Of a DNA stretch of 35,414 nucleotides, positions 1 to 11,305 are shown piece by piece. Source of the stretch: Octopus sinensis (taxonomy: Eukaryota); assembly GCF_006345805.1 (NCBI RefSeq), contig NW_021829870.1, positions 1 through 35,414 on the forward strand. The letters are read 5' to 3'. The first letter of the stretch is position 1. Each line of letters starts with the position of its first letter. A program made the translations under genes and the position numbers. Below the pieces are notes generated by a model. It did no database searches and had not been told where the DNA came from. It saw nothing but the letters and a program-made list of their open reading frames with translations.

Positions 1-264
1 CCAGCACTCCCCACACCCCTAAACCACCCAAAAATATTTTTTGGTGGGTTTTAAACAGAAAAGGTGCAGTTCTAAGAAAAATGACACTTATAAAAACATA
101 ATAAAAGAGAATGCAAAAGAAATATGTAAACTGATTTTATTAAGTTAATTACCTTAAAGGTGGGACGAATTGTGCGCGAAGGAGACGAAGAAACGGAGCG
201 GAGAAAGAGGATTGTCTTTCGGAAGGAGAATCTCTTTCCAGAAGAACATTTTCTGGTGTTTTCT

Positions 265-2278
265 GTCTCCGCTTAATTTTGGTTTTTTGGACACACTTTC
301 TTCACTTATCACACTTGCAGGTCGTTTCATTGGAAACATATCACGAGAAGTCTGTTTGTTCCTGCCTTTCAAAATGTTACGAAAATGCACCAGAGCAGCG
401 TCATTAAATAAAGCAGCTGTACGACATGTAGATTCTTTTTTAGGATGATGTTTTTCTTCAAATTCAGAAACATGCTGTCACTTTGCCAACAATGCCTTTA
501 TGTTACTCGCAGAGATAACCTTCTCCGCTACACTGTCCTCCTCCGTGGAACCAATCTCTTCCACCGTATTCGAATGCTGCTGCTCCTAAAGCTGCAGGCG
601 TTCATCTGTCGTCAGCTCCTCTGAGTGTTCCTCGACGAGATCGTTAATATCCCCCATCGTCAACCTCGAGGCCCATGGGCTTGCCAAGAGACACTATCTC
701 CTCAACTACAGATGTCTCAGGCTCAAATCCCTCGAACTCGCTTTCGGATACACAGTCAAGCCACAATTTCTTCCGTGCAGAATTCAGCGTTCTCTTCGTT
801 ACACCTCCTAATGTTGTAGAGCTCCTTCCAAAACTCTTGAATGGTTAGATTTGTATTTTCGGTGACTTCAAAGCACCGGCGAAACAGGTGTTCGGTATAC
901 AATTTCTTAAAATTAGAAATCACCTGTTGGTCCATGGGCTTGCAAGGTAGGGGTGGTGTTGCGTGAAAAGTATAGAACTTTTATGAATTTAAATTCATCT
1001 AGGATATCATCTTCGAAGTTAGGAGAGTGAGCAAGAGCATTGTCGAGGATGAGGAGGGCCTAGAAAAGAAGATCGTTCTACAGAAGGTACTTTTTCACGG
1101 CGGCAAGCTGGCAGAAACGTTAGCACTCCGGGCGAAATGCTTAGCGGCATTTCGTCTGCCATTACGTTCTGAGGTCAAATTCCGTCGAGGTCGACTTTGC
1201 CTTTCATCCTTTCGGGGTAGATTAAATGAGTACCAGTTACGCACTTAATCCGTTACGCACTATAATCGACTTAATCCGTTTGTCTGTCCTTGTTTGTCCT
1301 CTCTGCGTTTAGCCCCTTGTGGGTAGTAAAGAAACAGGTATTTCGTCTGCCGGAAGGCGGCGAGCTGGCAGAAACGTTAGCACGCCGGGTGAAATGCTTA
1401 GCAGTATTTCGTCTGCCGTTAGGTCCTAAGGTAAAATTCTGCAGAGGTCGACTTTGCCTTTCATCCTTTCAGGGTCGATTAAATAAGTACCAGTTGCGCA
1501 CTGAGGTTGATATAATCGACTTAATCCGTTTGCCTGTCCTTGTTTGTCCCCCTCTGTGCGTAGACCCTTGTGGGCAGTAAAGAAATGAGAAGGTACTTTT
1601 TCACTGCTGGTCCGAAGAGAAAGTTGACCCGCTCGGTGACGAATTGCCTGATGACCCAGGCTTTAACGTTTACCCTCCACATGACCTGCAGTTTCTCCTT
1701 CCGGATTTGTGCGACTTGAACGCTCGTGGGTTTTCGGAATGGTAGACAAGGAGCGGCTTAATCTTCAAGTTTCCACTCACATTGGAGAGTTAACCTATCT
1801 TTCATAGGCTTGTGGCCTGGCATTTTCTTCTCCTCTGCAGTCCTCTTCTTCAAATTATCGAACCAGCCATGACTGGCCTAAAATGCATCTACTGATGTCT
1901 CCTTGTCGATGTTCTAGGGTTCTGTTTCAAGGGATCCCTATACAGTGCTCGTGCGTTCTCGCAGATGATGGTTACCGTAATCGTATCCTCTGCGAGTTGC
2001 TTCTCGTTGATCCACAGAAGTAATTTTTCCATCTCTTCGTGGACAGATGTGCGTTGCTTGGAGACCCTGGAGACACACTTTGCTGCTATAATGGCCTTGA
2101 TCTCGTCCTTTTTCTTCAGAATGACGCAGATTATCAACGTGCTTCGGACGTATTGACGTGCTATGTCCACTACACGCACTCCTCTCTCAAGTTTACCAGC
2201 GATTTCCTTCTTCAATTTTATCGTTATCAGCTTTTTCTTCTTCCCAGCATTATCTTTTGCACTAACCTTGTTGACCAG
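265..2278 (-). mobile_element. Decayed Tigger/pogo-family DNA transposon transposase (TIGD1-like), with stops, frameshifts and internal deletions
   Basis: Minus-strand translation, in order: N-terminal HTH region (KKKKLITIKLKKEIAGKLERGVRVVDIARQY), CENP-B-type HTH (EEMEKLLLWINEKQLAEDTIT), ASHGWFDNLKKRT, EEKKMPGHKPMKDRLTL, KIKPLLVYHSENPRAFK, GPAVKKYL, ALLILDNA, QPMDQQVISNFKKLYT, EEIVSLGKPMGLEVDD, HFRNILKGRNKQTS. The DETG segment carrying the first catalytic Asp is deleted. No TIRs seen. Confidence 0.92.
1099..1587 (+). mobile_element. SINE family A, head-to-tail dimer inserted in the Tigger fossil
   Basis: Two copies of the GGCGGCGAGCTGGCAGAAACGTTAGCAC...TCAAATTCC head plus the CTTTCATCCTTTCGGGGTCGATTAAATAAGTACCAG core (monomers start at 1099 and ~1355). 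Identical 17-bp flanks AGAAGGTACTTTTTCAC at 1082-1098 and 1588-1604. Confidence 0.92.
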
Positions 2279-2829
2279 GGCTGGATTTGAACTTTAAGCG
2301 TTAAGATGTCGGGACAAGTACCGCAGTCTCTAATAATTCTTTCATTTCCTATCATCGGTACGTTTGAACGATAAATAGAATATTAAGAAATCAACATGGA
2401 TTTAAGTAGTGCAGATTATCCAATATGTAACCAGCTGATATACGTACATCCTGTTTTGACACACAAACACTCAACCTTTTCAAACAAAACACTACACTTA
2501 AACACGTGCATCCTAATCCTCCAAGGAAGTTTTTCCTAGGACACCAAAAGCATACTTATTTATTAGTTTTTGTAAATATGTATTATTATTATTTTTTTAA
2601 AAAGCATTGTAAATTTCTTTTTTCCCCTTCCTCAATTTAAAAAAAAATGTGTTCCCCTTCCAAATCTTGAAAAGTTGCCTTGCAATGAAAGCCGCTTTTG
2701 ATTTCTTTTTTTCTTTTTTAATTTTTCATACACCCATTTTTATTAAAATTTACTTTCAATATAGCATTCTGCCTTATCATTTTTTTCCTCTCCTATATAT
2801 ATATACACATATATACTGTTTTAACAAAA

Positions 2830-2867
2830 TTGTCCGACGAACGGGAACGTGGAACTCTGAGTAACAG
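2830..2867 (+). ncRNA. Minimal hammerhead-like motif with variant core (Penelope-type)
   Basis: TTGT-CCGACGA-ACG/GGAA/CGT-GGA-ACTC(T)GAGT-A-ACAG. Helix I (3 bp plus a wobble), helix II (3 bp, GGAA loop) and a near-palindromic helix III are present. Core deviates at U4C and A13G. Confidence 0.5.
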
Positions 2868-2963
2868 CTTTTGTTATATTTCTTGTGCTTTTAAATAAAG
2901 CATATTACTCTACCTCTGGTATTTGAGTACTTTTTTTCCACCCTATTACCCATTTATGTGCTT

Positions 2964-3026
2964 ACTCCGGTATATATATATATTATATATATATATATAT
3001 ATATTATACAGACACACCACACACAC

Positions 3027-3102
<76 letters not shown>

Positions 3103-3135
3103 ATATATATAATCATATATATATATATATATATA
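2964..3135. repeat. (TA)n/(CA)n compound microsatellite
   Basis: Directly visible. A similar tract recurs at ~3330-3486. Confidence 0.95.
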
Positions 3136-3286
3136 CAACCACCTTCTTTCAGTATCCGTTATCAAATCCACTCACAAGACTTTAGTGGCCCGAAGCTAAA
3201 GTAGAAGACACTTGCCCAAAGTGCCACGCAGGGGATGAACCCGGAGCCATGTGGTTTGTAAGCAAACTACTTACCATCAGCCACAC
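3136..3286 (-). mobile_element. SINE family B, 5' half
   Basis: Reverse complement matches the GGCTG..TGGTAAGTAG...CCACATGG..CCGGGTTC...GCGTGGCAC.TTGGGCAAGTGTCTTCTAC head and core shared with the full copy at 31337-31750. Confidence 0.85.
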
Positions 3287-3394
3287 ATATCTATATTTAT
3301 AGCTATAGTGTATAGATTTTTCCATATACCCACATATATATGTTGTATACATATATGTGTGTGTGTATTGTTTATATATATATATATATATATA

Positions 3395-3432
<38 letters not shown>

Positions 3433-3522
3433 CAGACACACACATATACACATACATATAATATTATATATATATATATATATATACAACCACCTTCTTT
3501 CAGTATCCGTTATCAAATCCAT

Positions 3523-4290
3523 TATGAGAGAGGTTTTCTTTAAGTATTGGAAATAGTTTTAAAAAAGTTTTTTTTAGCTGCTATTTCTAATGAGTTCAGT
3601 ATGCGGCAAAGTAATTTATTTTACTAAGCCCTTTTATATAATGTTAATAATTTGAATTCGCCTTAAATGGTCCCTTTGCATACTGAATACTTGGTGAAAT
3701 TGATTATTAATTAATTTTACCTCAATTGTTGAATTATAATTCATCTCTCTCTATATAATGCGCGGATTTTACCGAAAAAAGCATAGTGTTTACTGATTTT
3801 AACCCACGCTGGTGGAAAGGGGAGCAGAAATTCTTCGCTTGCATTTTGAGTTTGTTGGCACTGTTAGTTACGAGCAGATCTTCAGAAGCGAGAGGAAGCC
3901 GAAAGGGTATGCTCCTACTTTCAGTGTTTTCAAATCCAAACCAGGGAGTTCTGAGCTGATGATAGAAATGTCGAATTTTGACTAATCTTGAAACGTACGT
4001 TCTCAAATAACCTTTGCACTTGATTTTTTAATGTCTCTACCCCAATATTTGCGTGAGTTGAATTGAGCAGAAACTATATGAGAGAGGTTTTCTTTAAGTA
4101 TTGGAAATAGTTTTAAAAAGTTTTTTTTAGCTGCTATTTCTATGAGTTCAGTATGCGGCAAAGTAATTATTTTACTAAGCCCTTTTATATAATGTAATAA
4201 TTGAATTCGCCTTAAATGGTCCTTTTGCATACTGAATACTTGGTGAAATTGATTAATTAATTAATTTTACCCTCAATTGTTGAAATTATA
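3523..4290 (+). repeat. ~215-bp direct repeat (3523-3738 and 4077-4290)
   Basis: The two copies are near-identical and differ almost only by single-base indels in homopolymer runs. Confidence 0.95.
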
Positions 4291-4336
4291 TATATATATT
4301 ATATATATATACACACACGCACACACAAACACACAT

Positions 4337-4596
4337 ATTCTTTTTTTCTTTCTTTCTAACTTGTTTCAGTCATTTGACTGCGGCCAAGCTGGAGCACCGC
4401 CTTTAGTCGAACAAATCGAACCCAGGACTTATTCTTTCTAAGCTTAGTACTTATTCTATCGGTGTCTTAGAGCCGAACGGCTAGGCTACGGGGACGTAAA
4501 CACACCAACATTGGTTGTCAACCGATGATGGGGATGTCAAACAAAAACACAAAAATACATACACACACACATACCACACACACACACACAGTATAC

Positions 4597-4633
<37 letters not shown>

Positions 4634-4817
4634 ATATATATATTATATATATTATACGATGGGCTTCTTCAGTTTCCATCTACCAAATCCATTCACAAGG
4701 CTTTGGTCGGCCCGAGGCAATAGTAGAAGACACTTGCCAAGGTGCTACGCAGTGGTACTGAACCCAAAACCATGTGGTTGGTAATCAAGCTTCTTACCAC
4801 ACAGCCACACCTGCGGC
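4337..4817 (-). mobile_element. SINE family B, full length, with expanded internal (TA)n/(CA)n
   Basis: Head at the 4817 end; core CAAGTGTCTTCTACTATTGCCTCGGGCCGACC; tail CAGTCAAATGACTGAAACAAGT. Confidence 0.9.
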
Positions 4818-4920
4818 ATATATACATATGTGTGTGTGTGTGTGTGTGTGTATACAAATATACTACACAACCCTGTAGCATACATGTACACACACACACA
4901 CACATATATATATATATGTA

Positions 4921-5257
4921 TATTCTTTTACTTGTTTCAGTCATTTCACCCCAGGGCTTCTTCTTTTTAAGCCTAATACTTATTCTATCCGTTGTTTTGC
5001 CGAACCGCTAAGTTGCGGGGGCGTAAACCCGCCAACATCGGTTGTCAAGTGGTGGGTGGGGGGGACAAACTCAGACACACAAACATATACATACATATCT
5101 ACCATGGGCTTCTTACAGTTTCCATCTATCAAGTCCACTCACAAGACTTCGGTCGGCCCGAGGCTATAGTAGAAGAAACTTGCCCAAGATGCCACACAGT
5201 GGGGCTGAACCTGGAACCATGTGGTTGGGAAGCAAGCTATTTACCACACAGCCACAC
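4921..5257 (-). mobile_element. SINE family B with an internal deletion in the 3' part
   Basis: Same head, core and tail as the adjacent copy; about 50 bp missing just upstream of the AAATGACTGAAACAAGT tail. Confidence 0.88.
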
Positions 5258-5271
5258 ACATACACACACAC

Positions 5272-5313
<42 letters not shown>

Positions 5314-5392
5314 ATATATCTATATATATTGTTGGCGTCATAAGAATCTTATAAACTTCGGGAACCTAAAAACATTGTTTTTCTTTTTATGT

Positions 5393-5571
5393 ATCTCGAA
5401 GCAAAAAAGCTATAAATAATAGATAGAAAAAGTTGACGGCTGCCCTCTCATGTTTACTGGAAATGTTGGTTCGTGTTCCACGGGCAGCCTTCGACTTATG
5501 CCATCCAAGGGTTGTTTTTTTTTAACCCAATATTTACACGTTATTATTTATAGCTTTATTTGCTTCGAGAT
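5393..5571. repeat. Inverted-repeat (MITE-like) element
   Basis: Arms ATCTCGAAGCAAAAAAGCTATAAATAAT (5393-5420) and ATTATTTATAGCTTTATTTGCTTCGAGAT (5543-5571) differ by one indel. Inner IR at 5431-5445/5482-5496 (13/15). A related copy lies at 31983-32148. Confidence 0.65.
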
Positions 5572-5595
5572 TCACCTTTCTTGAAAAGGAATTAA

Positions 5596-5963
5596 AAATA
5601 TGTGTATGTGTATATAATTATGTACGTGTGTACGTGTGTACATATGTGTATGTATGTGTGTGTATGAATGTATGTATGCGTATATATATATGCAGCTATA
5701 TATTCACACACCCAGACACATCGTAACAAATTATACGAATTAATACTCAACATCAAAAAATCCTTAATATATATATAATATATATATATATATACATATA
5801 ACATATATATCTATGTATGTGTGTGTTTGTATGTGCGTGTGTTGTGTGTATGTCTGTATATGCACATATATATGTGTGCGTGTGTGAGTGTGTGTTTGTA
5901 TAGTATATATAAACATAAATAAACATATATAAATACATGTATAGGTGTATGTAAATATATATA

Positions 5964-6036
<73 letters not shown>

Positions 6037-6070
6037 TATATATATATATGCTCACGCAGACAGACACACA
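5596..6070. repeat. (TG)n/(TA)n compound microsatellite block
   Basis: Directly visible. Confidence 0.95.
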
Positions 6071-6919
6071 GACGCGCACGTGCACCCGGATAGACCTTAT
6101 CTGTCACTTTGTTTAAAACCCATGTATCCTTATTTGGGGTCCACTCAGTGGCATACTCCAAAGTCGGATTTCTAGTGTGAAAATAACTTCATCTTTATCC
6201 CATAAACCTCGTTGACCCTACAAAAAGACCCTGGCAATAGGGTTCGTTTTTTTTTTTGTTTTTTGTTTTTGTCTGGCAAAAACCATTGAAATAGATAAAT
6301 AAAATTTTATATGCTTCATATTGAAGTTTAACTTCTGTCTCACCGATCTCACCGTTACATGAAGACCTACATTACGGCCTGTATATTGTGTATGACTTTA
6401 TACTGCATCAGGTAGTGGGGCCCTGGCTCTGGATGTCTAGGGTTTTGAGGAGTGCCGAACCACTATTGTTCGTGGGTCTGTTCTGACCTGCAGCAATAGC
6501 ACTTGTCAGTGCACCAAATATGGATTAATTAGCATTAACCCAAAGTAATTAATATTTTGCAACTTTTTATTTATTTATTCACTTATTTTATCGAATAAAC
6601 CAAAGAAAAAAACCCAAAGAAAAAAAGAAAAAACCGTACTGAACACCAGAGCTGAAGACACCTCTGAAAGCGGCGGGATGCTCCACGTCGAAAACGGTTG
6701 AGGAATAGGGGCCGAAACCGGACATGGTTCCTCCTGATGATGTCCTTAGCCACTGGATCCTATAAAGGAGCTGTTGAGGTAGCAATCCACATATTTATAG
6801 TTGGAATTCCTTCTCCTATCAACCTTCGTGAGTTATTAGTTTGGTATCCACTCTAAAAATGAAATTAGATTTTGTTTATAGTTTTCAAATCATTTGCTTA
6901 AATGGTTCTCTCAAAATAT

Positions 6920-7566
6920 CATAATTCTGAATCGTCCCATGGCGAAAGATATTTTTTAGCATAGGACTGTATCCCAATCACTGACTCTTCTCTTTCGGGC
7001 CAGAAAATATTTCAACCCCTATGTTCATCTAATGAGGCTCGCAGTTAAGCTATTGCTCCTGTGTGGTAACAAGCTTGCTTCCTAACCACATGGTTCTAGG
7101 TTCAGTTCAACTGAGTAGCACCTTGGGTACTTCTACAATAGCCTCGAGCCGACCGAAGCATTGTGAGTGGATTTGGTAGACGGAAACTGAAAGTTGGCCG
7201 TATATAAATATATATATGTGCGTATGTATGTCTTTGCGTTTGTGTTTGTCCGCTACCACCGCTTCACAACCGGTGTCGGTGTGTTTACGTCTCCGTAACT
7301 TAGCGGTTTGGCAAAATACACCGGTAGAATAAGTACTAGGCTTTAAAAAAAATAAGGATTGAAGTCCATTCATTCGACTAAAATTCTTCAAGTTGGTACT
7401 CCAGCATGACCGCAATCCAATGAGTGAAACAAGTAAAAGATAAAAGATATCCTGCAACGATGCAGATGCTTCTCACAGACATCTTGGACCTAATCCAAAG
7501 AAGGGCTACTCGTCTGGTTCGCATAAAATACCTCAATGACACGCTCCAGCCATGGGTATGCTGTAT

Positions 7567-7575
<9 letters not shown>
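6920..7575 (+). mobile_element. CR1/L2-type LINE fragment (C-terminal RT region), split by a SINE
   Basis: TLLFRARKYFNP...YCS before the SINE and TDILDLIQRRATRLV...DTLQP after it resemble the C-terminal tail of CR1/L2-clade ORF2. Frameshifted. Confidence 0.75.
7059..7449 (+). mobile_element. SINE family B, near full length
   Basis: TGTGTGGTAACAAGCTTGCTTCCTAACCACATGGTTC head, GTGAGTGGATTTGGTAGACGGAAACTG core and (TAAAAGA)n tail. Confidence 0.9.
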
Positions 7576-7604
<29 letters not shown>

Positions 7605-7632
7605 CCTCCCTCTCTCTCTCCCTCCCTCTCTC

Positions 7633-7666
<34 letters not shown>

Positions 7667-7692
7667 GCTCTCTCTCTCTCTCACTCACTCAC
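7566..7692. repeat. (CT)n microsatellite
   Basis: Directly visible. Confidence 0.95.
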
Positions 7693-7715
7693 TATATATC
7701 TATCTATATATCTGT

Positions 7716-7929
7716 TAAGGCGGCAAGCTGGCAGAAATGTTAGCACGCCGGGTGAAATGCGTAGCCGTTACGTATGAGTTCAAATTCCGCCGAGGTCGGC
7801 TTTGCCTTTCATCCTTTCGGGGTCGATTAAATAAGTACCAGTTATGCACTGGATATAATCGACTTAATCCCTTTGTCTGTCCTTGTTTGCCCCCTCTGTG
7901 TTTAGCCCCTCGTGGGTAGTAAAGAAATA
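7716..7929 (+). mobile_element. SINE family A monomer with an 11-bp candidate TSD
   Basis: Family A head and core. TATATATCTGT at 7705-7715 and 7930-7940 (low-complexity, so TSD status is tentative). Followed by (TCTA)n to ~8037. Confidence 0.88.
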
Positions 7930-7939
7930 TATATATCTG

Positions 7940-8000
<61 letters not shown>

Positions 8001-8740
8001 TTCTCTATCTATCTATCTATCTATCTATATTTTCTATCATTACTACAATAGCACCTTTACTCTCTCCACTCAAGCACATTCAAGTTTATTCTTCTTTGGT
8101 CCTCTCATCACCTCTCTTCTTCTACCCTCTCTCTGTGTCACTTTCAAGCCCCAGCACTAACCCCTATATGCAATCCTTCCTCCCCGAAACATTATCCCTT
8201 TAGACTCTCACTCTCTCGTTTCTTTCGTGTACGTGATGACTTCCAATCATCTAAACGGAATATTAGCGACATCAGTCACATCTCTCACAGAGGACTTACA
8301 AAGGTCATTGACCCTACCCTTTCCTGCAGACTTAGTAAAAAAAATAATAATAATAAAATACTTTTACATCATTGATTTTTCTATTACAGCTGTTACAATT
8401 ATTACGTGGCGGCCTTAAGTCTCCCAGCATGCACTGCGCCCTAACTGCCTGAGGCCATGGAGTCAAATGAACAAATGCAGACGACATGGCAAGCCATAAA
8501 CTTTAGCTCAAAGCAATACTACGATGATAATAATAATTGAATGCAATAAAAGAGCAGTTTATCAGATATGAGAAGAAAAAATGAGACCTCTTAAGACATG
8601 GAAACAATAAGTTAATTTTTAATCGCTTTTAATCTAACATAACATTGTCTTTAAATTAAATGGGAGATTGACTAATGAGAACTAACATTACGAATTTTTG
8701 TTCAAGTATAATGACGACTACATGGGATTTCCTATTTTTT

Positions 8741-8743
<3 letters not shown>

Positions 8744-8796
<53 letters not shown>

Positions 8797-8969
8797 GTCA
8801 AAGTAGTTTGTATGATAGACAGTTGGTGGTAGATAATATTGAGAAAATTAATTCTATTAAACAGTTTTAATAGAGAAAATAGATATACTAATGGCATGTC
8901 AATCTCTCTCGCTCTCTAACTTATTATACACGCACATATACATACATTGATACATACATACATACATAC

Positions 8970-9000
<31 letters not shown>

Positions 9001-9256
9001 TGTATGTATGTATGTATGTATGTACGTGTGTATGTATATGTGTGTATGTATGTACGTGTGTGTGTGTGTGTGTGTGTGTGGTTACACGTGTCTGTCCCTT
9101 CAATCGGCCGATTGTCTACATCTTTGCTGCCTGTATATGCTTCTAGCTAGTTGTCTAATTGTCTGTTATCAGTTTAGCTTTGTGTGTGTATATATATGTG
9201 CGTGCGTGTGCGTGTGTGTGTGTGGCTGTGTCTGTGTCTGTGTCTGAGTGTGTGTA

Positions 9257-9289
<33 letters not shown>

Positions 9290-9434
9290 ATGTATGTATG
9301 TATGTATGTATGTATGCATGTATGTATGTATACACATACAGACATGTGTGTGGAGGTGCGTAAGTATATGTTTGAAAAGGAAGTTACCGGCAGAAAGCCA
9401 CTATTGCTTCGTGCGGCTGCAGTTATCGATGATA

Positions 9435-9465
<31 letters not shown>

Positions 9466-10030
9466 GGAGGAGGAGGAGGAGGGGAGGGGGAGGGGGACGA
9501 CGACGACGAGGAAAACGACGTTGAACGATGACTTGATAATTTTAGAAAAGAAAACAAGAAAATAAAAGATGCATAAATTAATGAGTAAAGGAAATTTCGG
9601 TTTTGCATTCGATTTTCAAGATTCTTTATGTAGATTCGTGTTAGTGAAAAGTTAATTAAAATCGGTTAATATCCGAGGGCATGTCCAGCTTAAACTACTA
9701 CTACTACTACTACTACTATTAATACGACTGCTATTAATACTACTACTGCCGCCACCAACGCCACTAATACCACCACCACAACTACTGCTGCCACAACTAC
9801 TTTTACCACCACCATTACTACTACTACCACCATCACTACCCCGATCACACTACTCCTACCACCACCACAACTACTACTGCTACTACCACTGCCACAACTA
9901 TTACCACTACCACAACTAAATCTACTACCTCAATTACTGCCACTACAACTACTCCTACCACCACCTCTACAGCTAAATCTACTACTACTACTACAATTAA
10001 AGCTGCTGCTGCTGCTACTACTACACTACA
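8744..10030. repeat. Cluster of simple repeats: (CT)n, (TATG)n, (TG)n, (GAT/GAG/GAC)n, degenerate (ACT/ACC)n
   Basis: Directly visible, with short unique spacers between tracts. Confidence 0.9.
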
Positions 10031-10139
10031 TTATTTGAGGCACAGTTAGGGCGGTATTGCATCGGACAAAATGCTTTGTGGTTCTTAACCACGTCTGTAT
10101 ACTGTATGTTGCGAGTTCAAATCACGTCGATATGCATTC

Positions 10140-10300
10140 GTTCCGTGGTTAAAAAGCATGCTTCGCAACCATGTGGTCTTGGTTTCGATCCCACTGTGTG
10201 ACACCTTAAGCAAGTTTCTTCTGCTATAGCTCCGGATCGACCAGTGATTTATGAAAGAGTTTATTTGGTAGACGGAAACTATGAGGAAGCCTGCTGTGTA
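10140..10300 (+). mobile_element. SINE family B, degraded 5' half
   Basis: CAACCATGTGGTCTTGGTTTCGATCCCACTGTGTGACACCTTAAGCAAGTTTCTTCTGCTATAGC...TTTGGTAGACGGAAACT. Confidence 0.75.
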
Positions 10301-10577
10301 TATGTGTGTGTGTGCGTGCGTACGGTTATGTATGCATGTTTGCATGTATGTATGTATGTGTGTGTGCTCAAATAGGTGTACGACTTCTACTGTGAAGTTT
10401 CTGATAAGTCCAGGGCCACGCTACAAAACCTCCGCCTCTATTGTCAGTCAGAGAATGGATATATCTTCCAGTCAGACCAGGAACACATACCTGCCACTCA
10501 TGTTGTCCTCACTGTCTATTGAAAATTCTAGAACTTCCATTTTCCAATCTTTTACATAGAGTTCTTTGTTTATAACT

Positions 10578-11212
10578 CTTTTTCAGCCTTAACTTGAGTG
10601 ACATCAATACCATAACGTGACCATTGTCGACATTGGCACCAGGGAAGGTCCAGATCTTGGACTTAATGCTGGATTTGAAACTTTGAGGTGCAAGGCTGAA
10701 ATCGATTTGGTTAATAGTTCTGCCACAAGATACGGGCTACGTTATTCCAGGTTAAACTTTTCCTTGGGGACAAATTCTAAAAGTCGCAGTTCATCATTAA
10801 TTTTCCAACCCCTGAGCATCCCACTGTTCCTGTCCCCTGCTCATATTCACCCGGGTCTGTTTTTGCAATCCTGTCTCCCAAAGATGAGGACGTTTTTCTT
10901 TGGAGCTGGTTTGATTGTTTCCGTTACAGTCAAGTGTTGAAGCATAGATTTAGATTATGGAAATGATGTGTAGTGTTGCAGTAATGCATATGGCTGAGTC
11001 TGCAGGAATCTGGTGTTCAGCTGATGATTGACTCTTTTCTGTTTGTGTTAACTAAAAATCCCGTATTTTGTTGTCAGTTCCATTGCGCCACAATTTATGG
11101 CCTTCATCCGTTGTCCTTTTATTAAAACCATTCCACCTAATTTCAGCCAAACTTTTGTTCGTTCCCATGTTTATTTGTCAAGTTTATGAGAAAGTGCTTT
11201 CATCTCCCCGAA

Positions 11213-11254
<42 letters not shown>

Positions 11255-11305
11255 CTCTCTCTCTCACACACACACACAGTGGATCCGGACGTTCTATGTC
11301 CCAAA
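10578..11305 (-). mobile_element. RTE-type LINE apurinic-like endonuclease fossil
   Basis: Minus-strand motifs in the expected order: FGT*NVR (GTWNVR), LAEIRW, TTDEGHKLW, IYAST, PKKNVLIFG, LRLLEF, TFPGANVDNGHVMVLMSLKLRLKK (SDH motif region). Many frameshifts; a microsatellite interrupts it at ~11215-11279. Confidence 0.85.

Noticed and set aside
1-2600. Terminal inverted repeats for the Tigger element
   Set aside because: No CAG-initiated TIR with a TA TSD found at either side; the 3' end may lie outside the window.
3734-4230. ORFs 3734..4006 and 4003..4230 (-), and a plus-strand signal-peptide-like stretch (FACILSLLALLVTSRSSEA) before AAGG|GTATG near a TATA-like sequence
   Set aside because: No recognisable homology, no in-frame start or acceptor, and the region overlaps the suspect duplication.
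6359-6545. MKTYITACILCMTLYCI followed by a Cys-rich stretch in another frame, resembling a secreted peptide
   Set aside because: Needs both a frameshift and stop read-through; no usable intron explains it.
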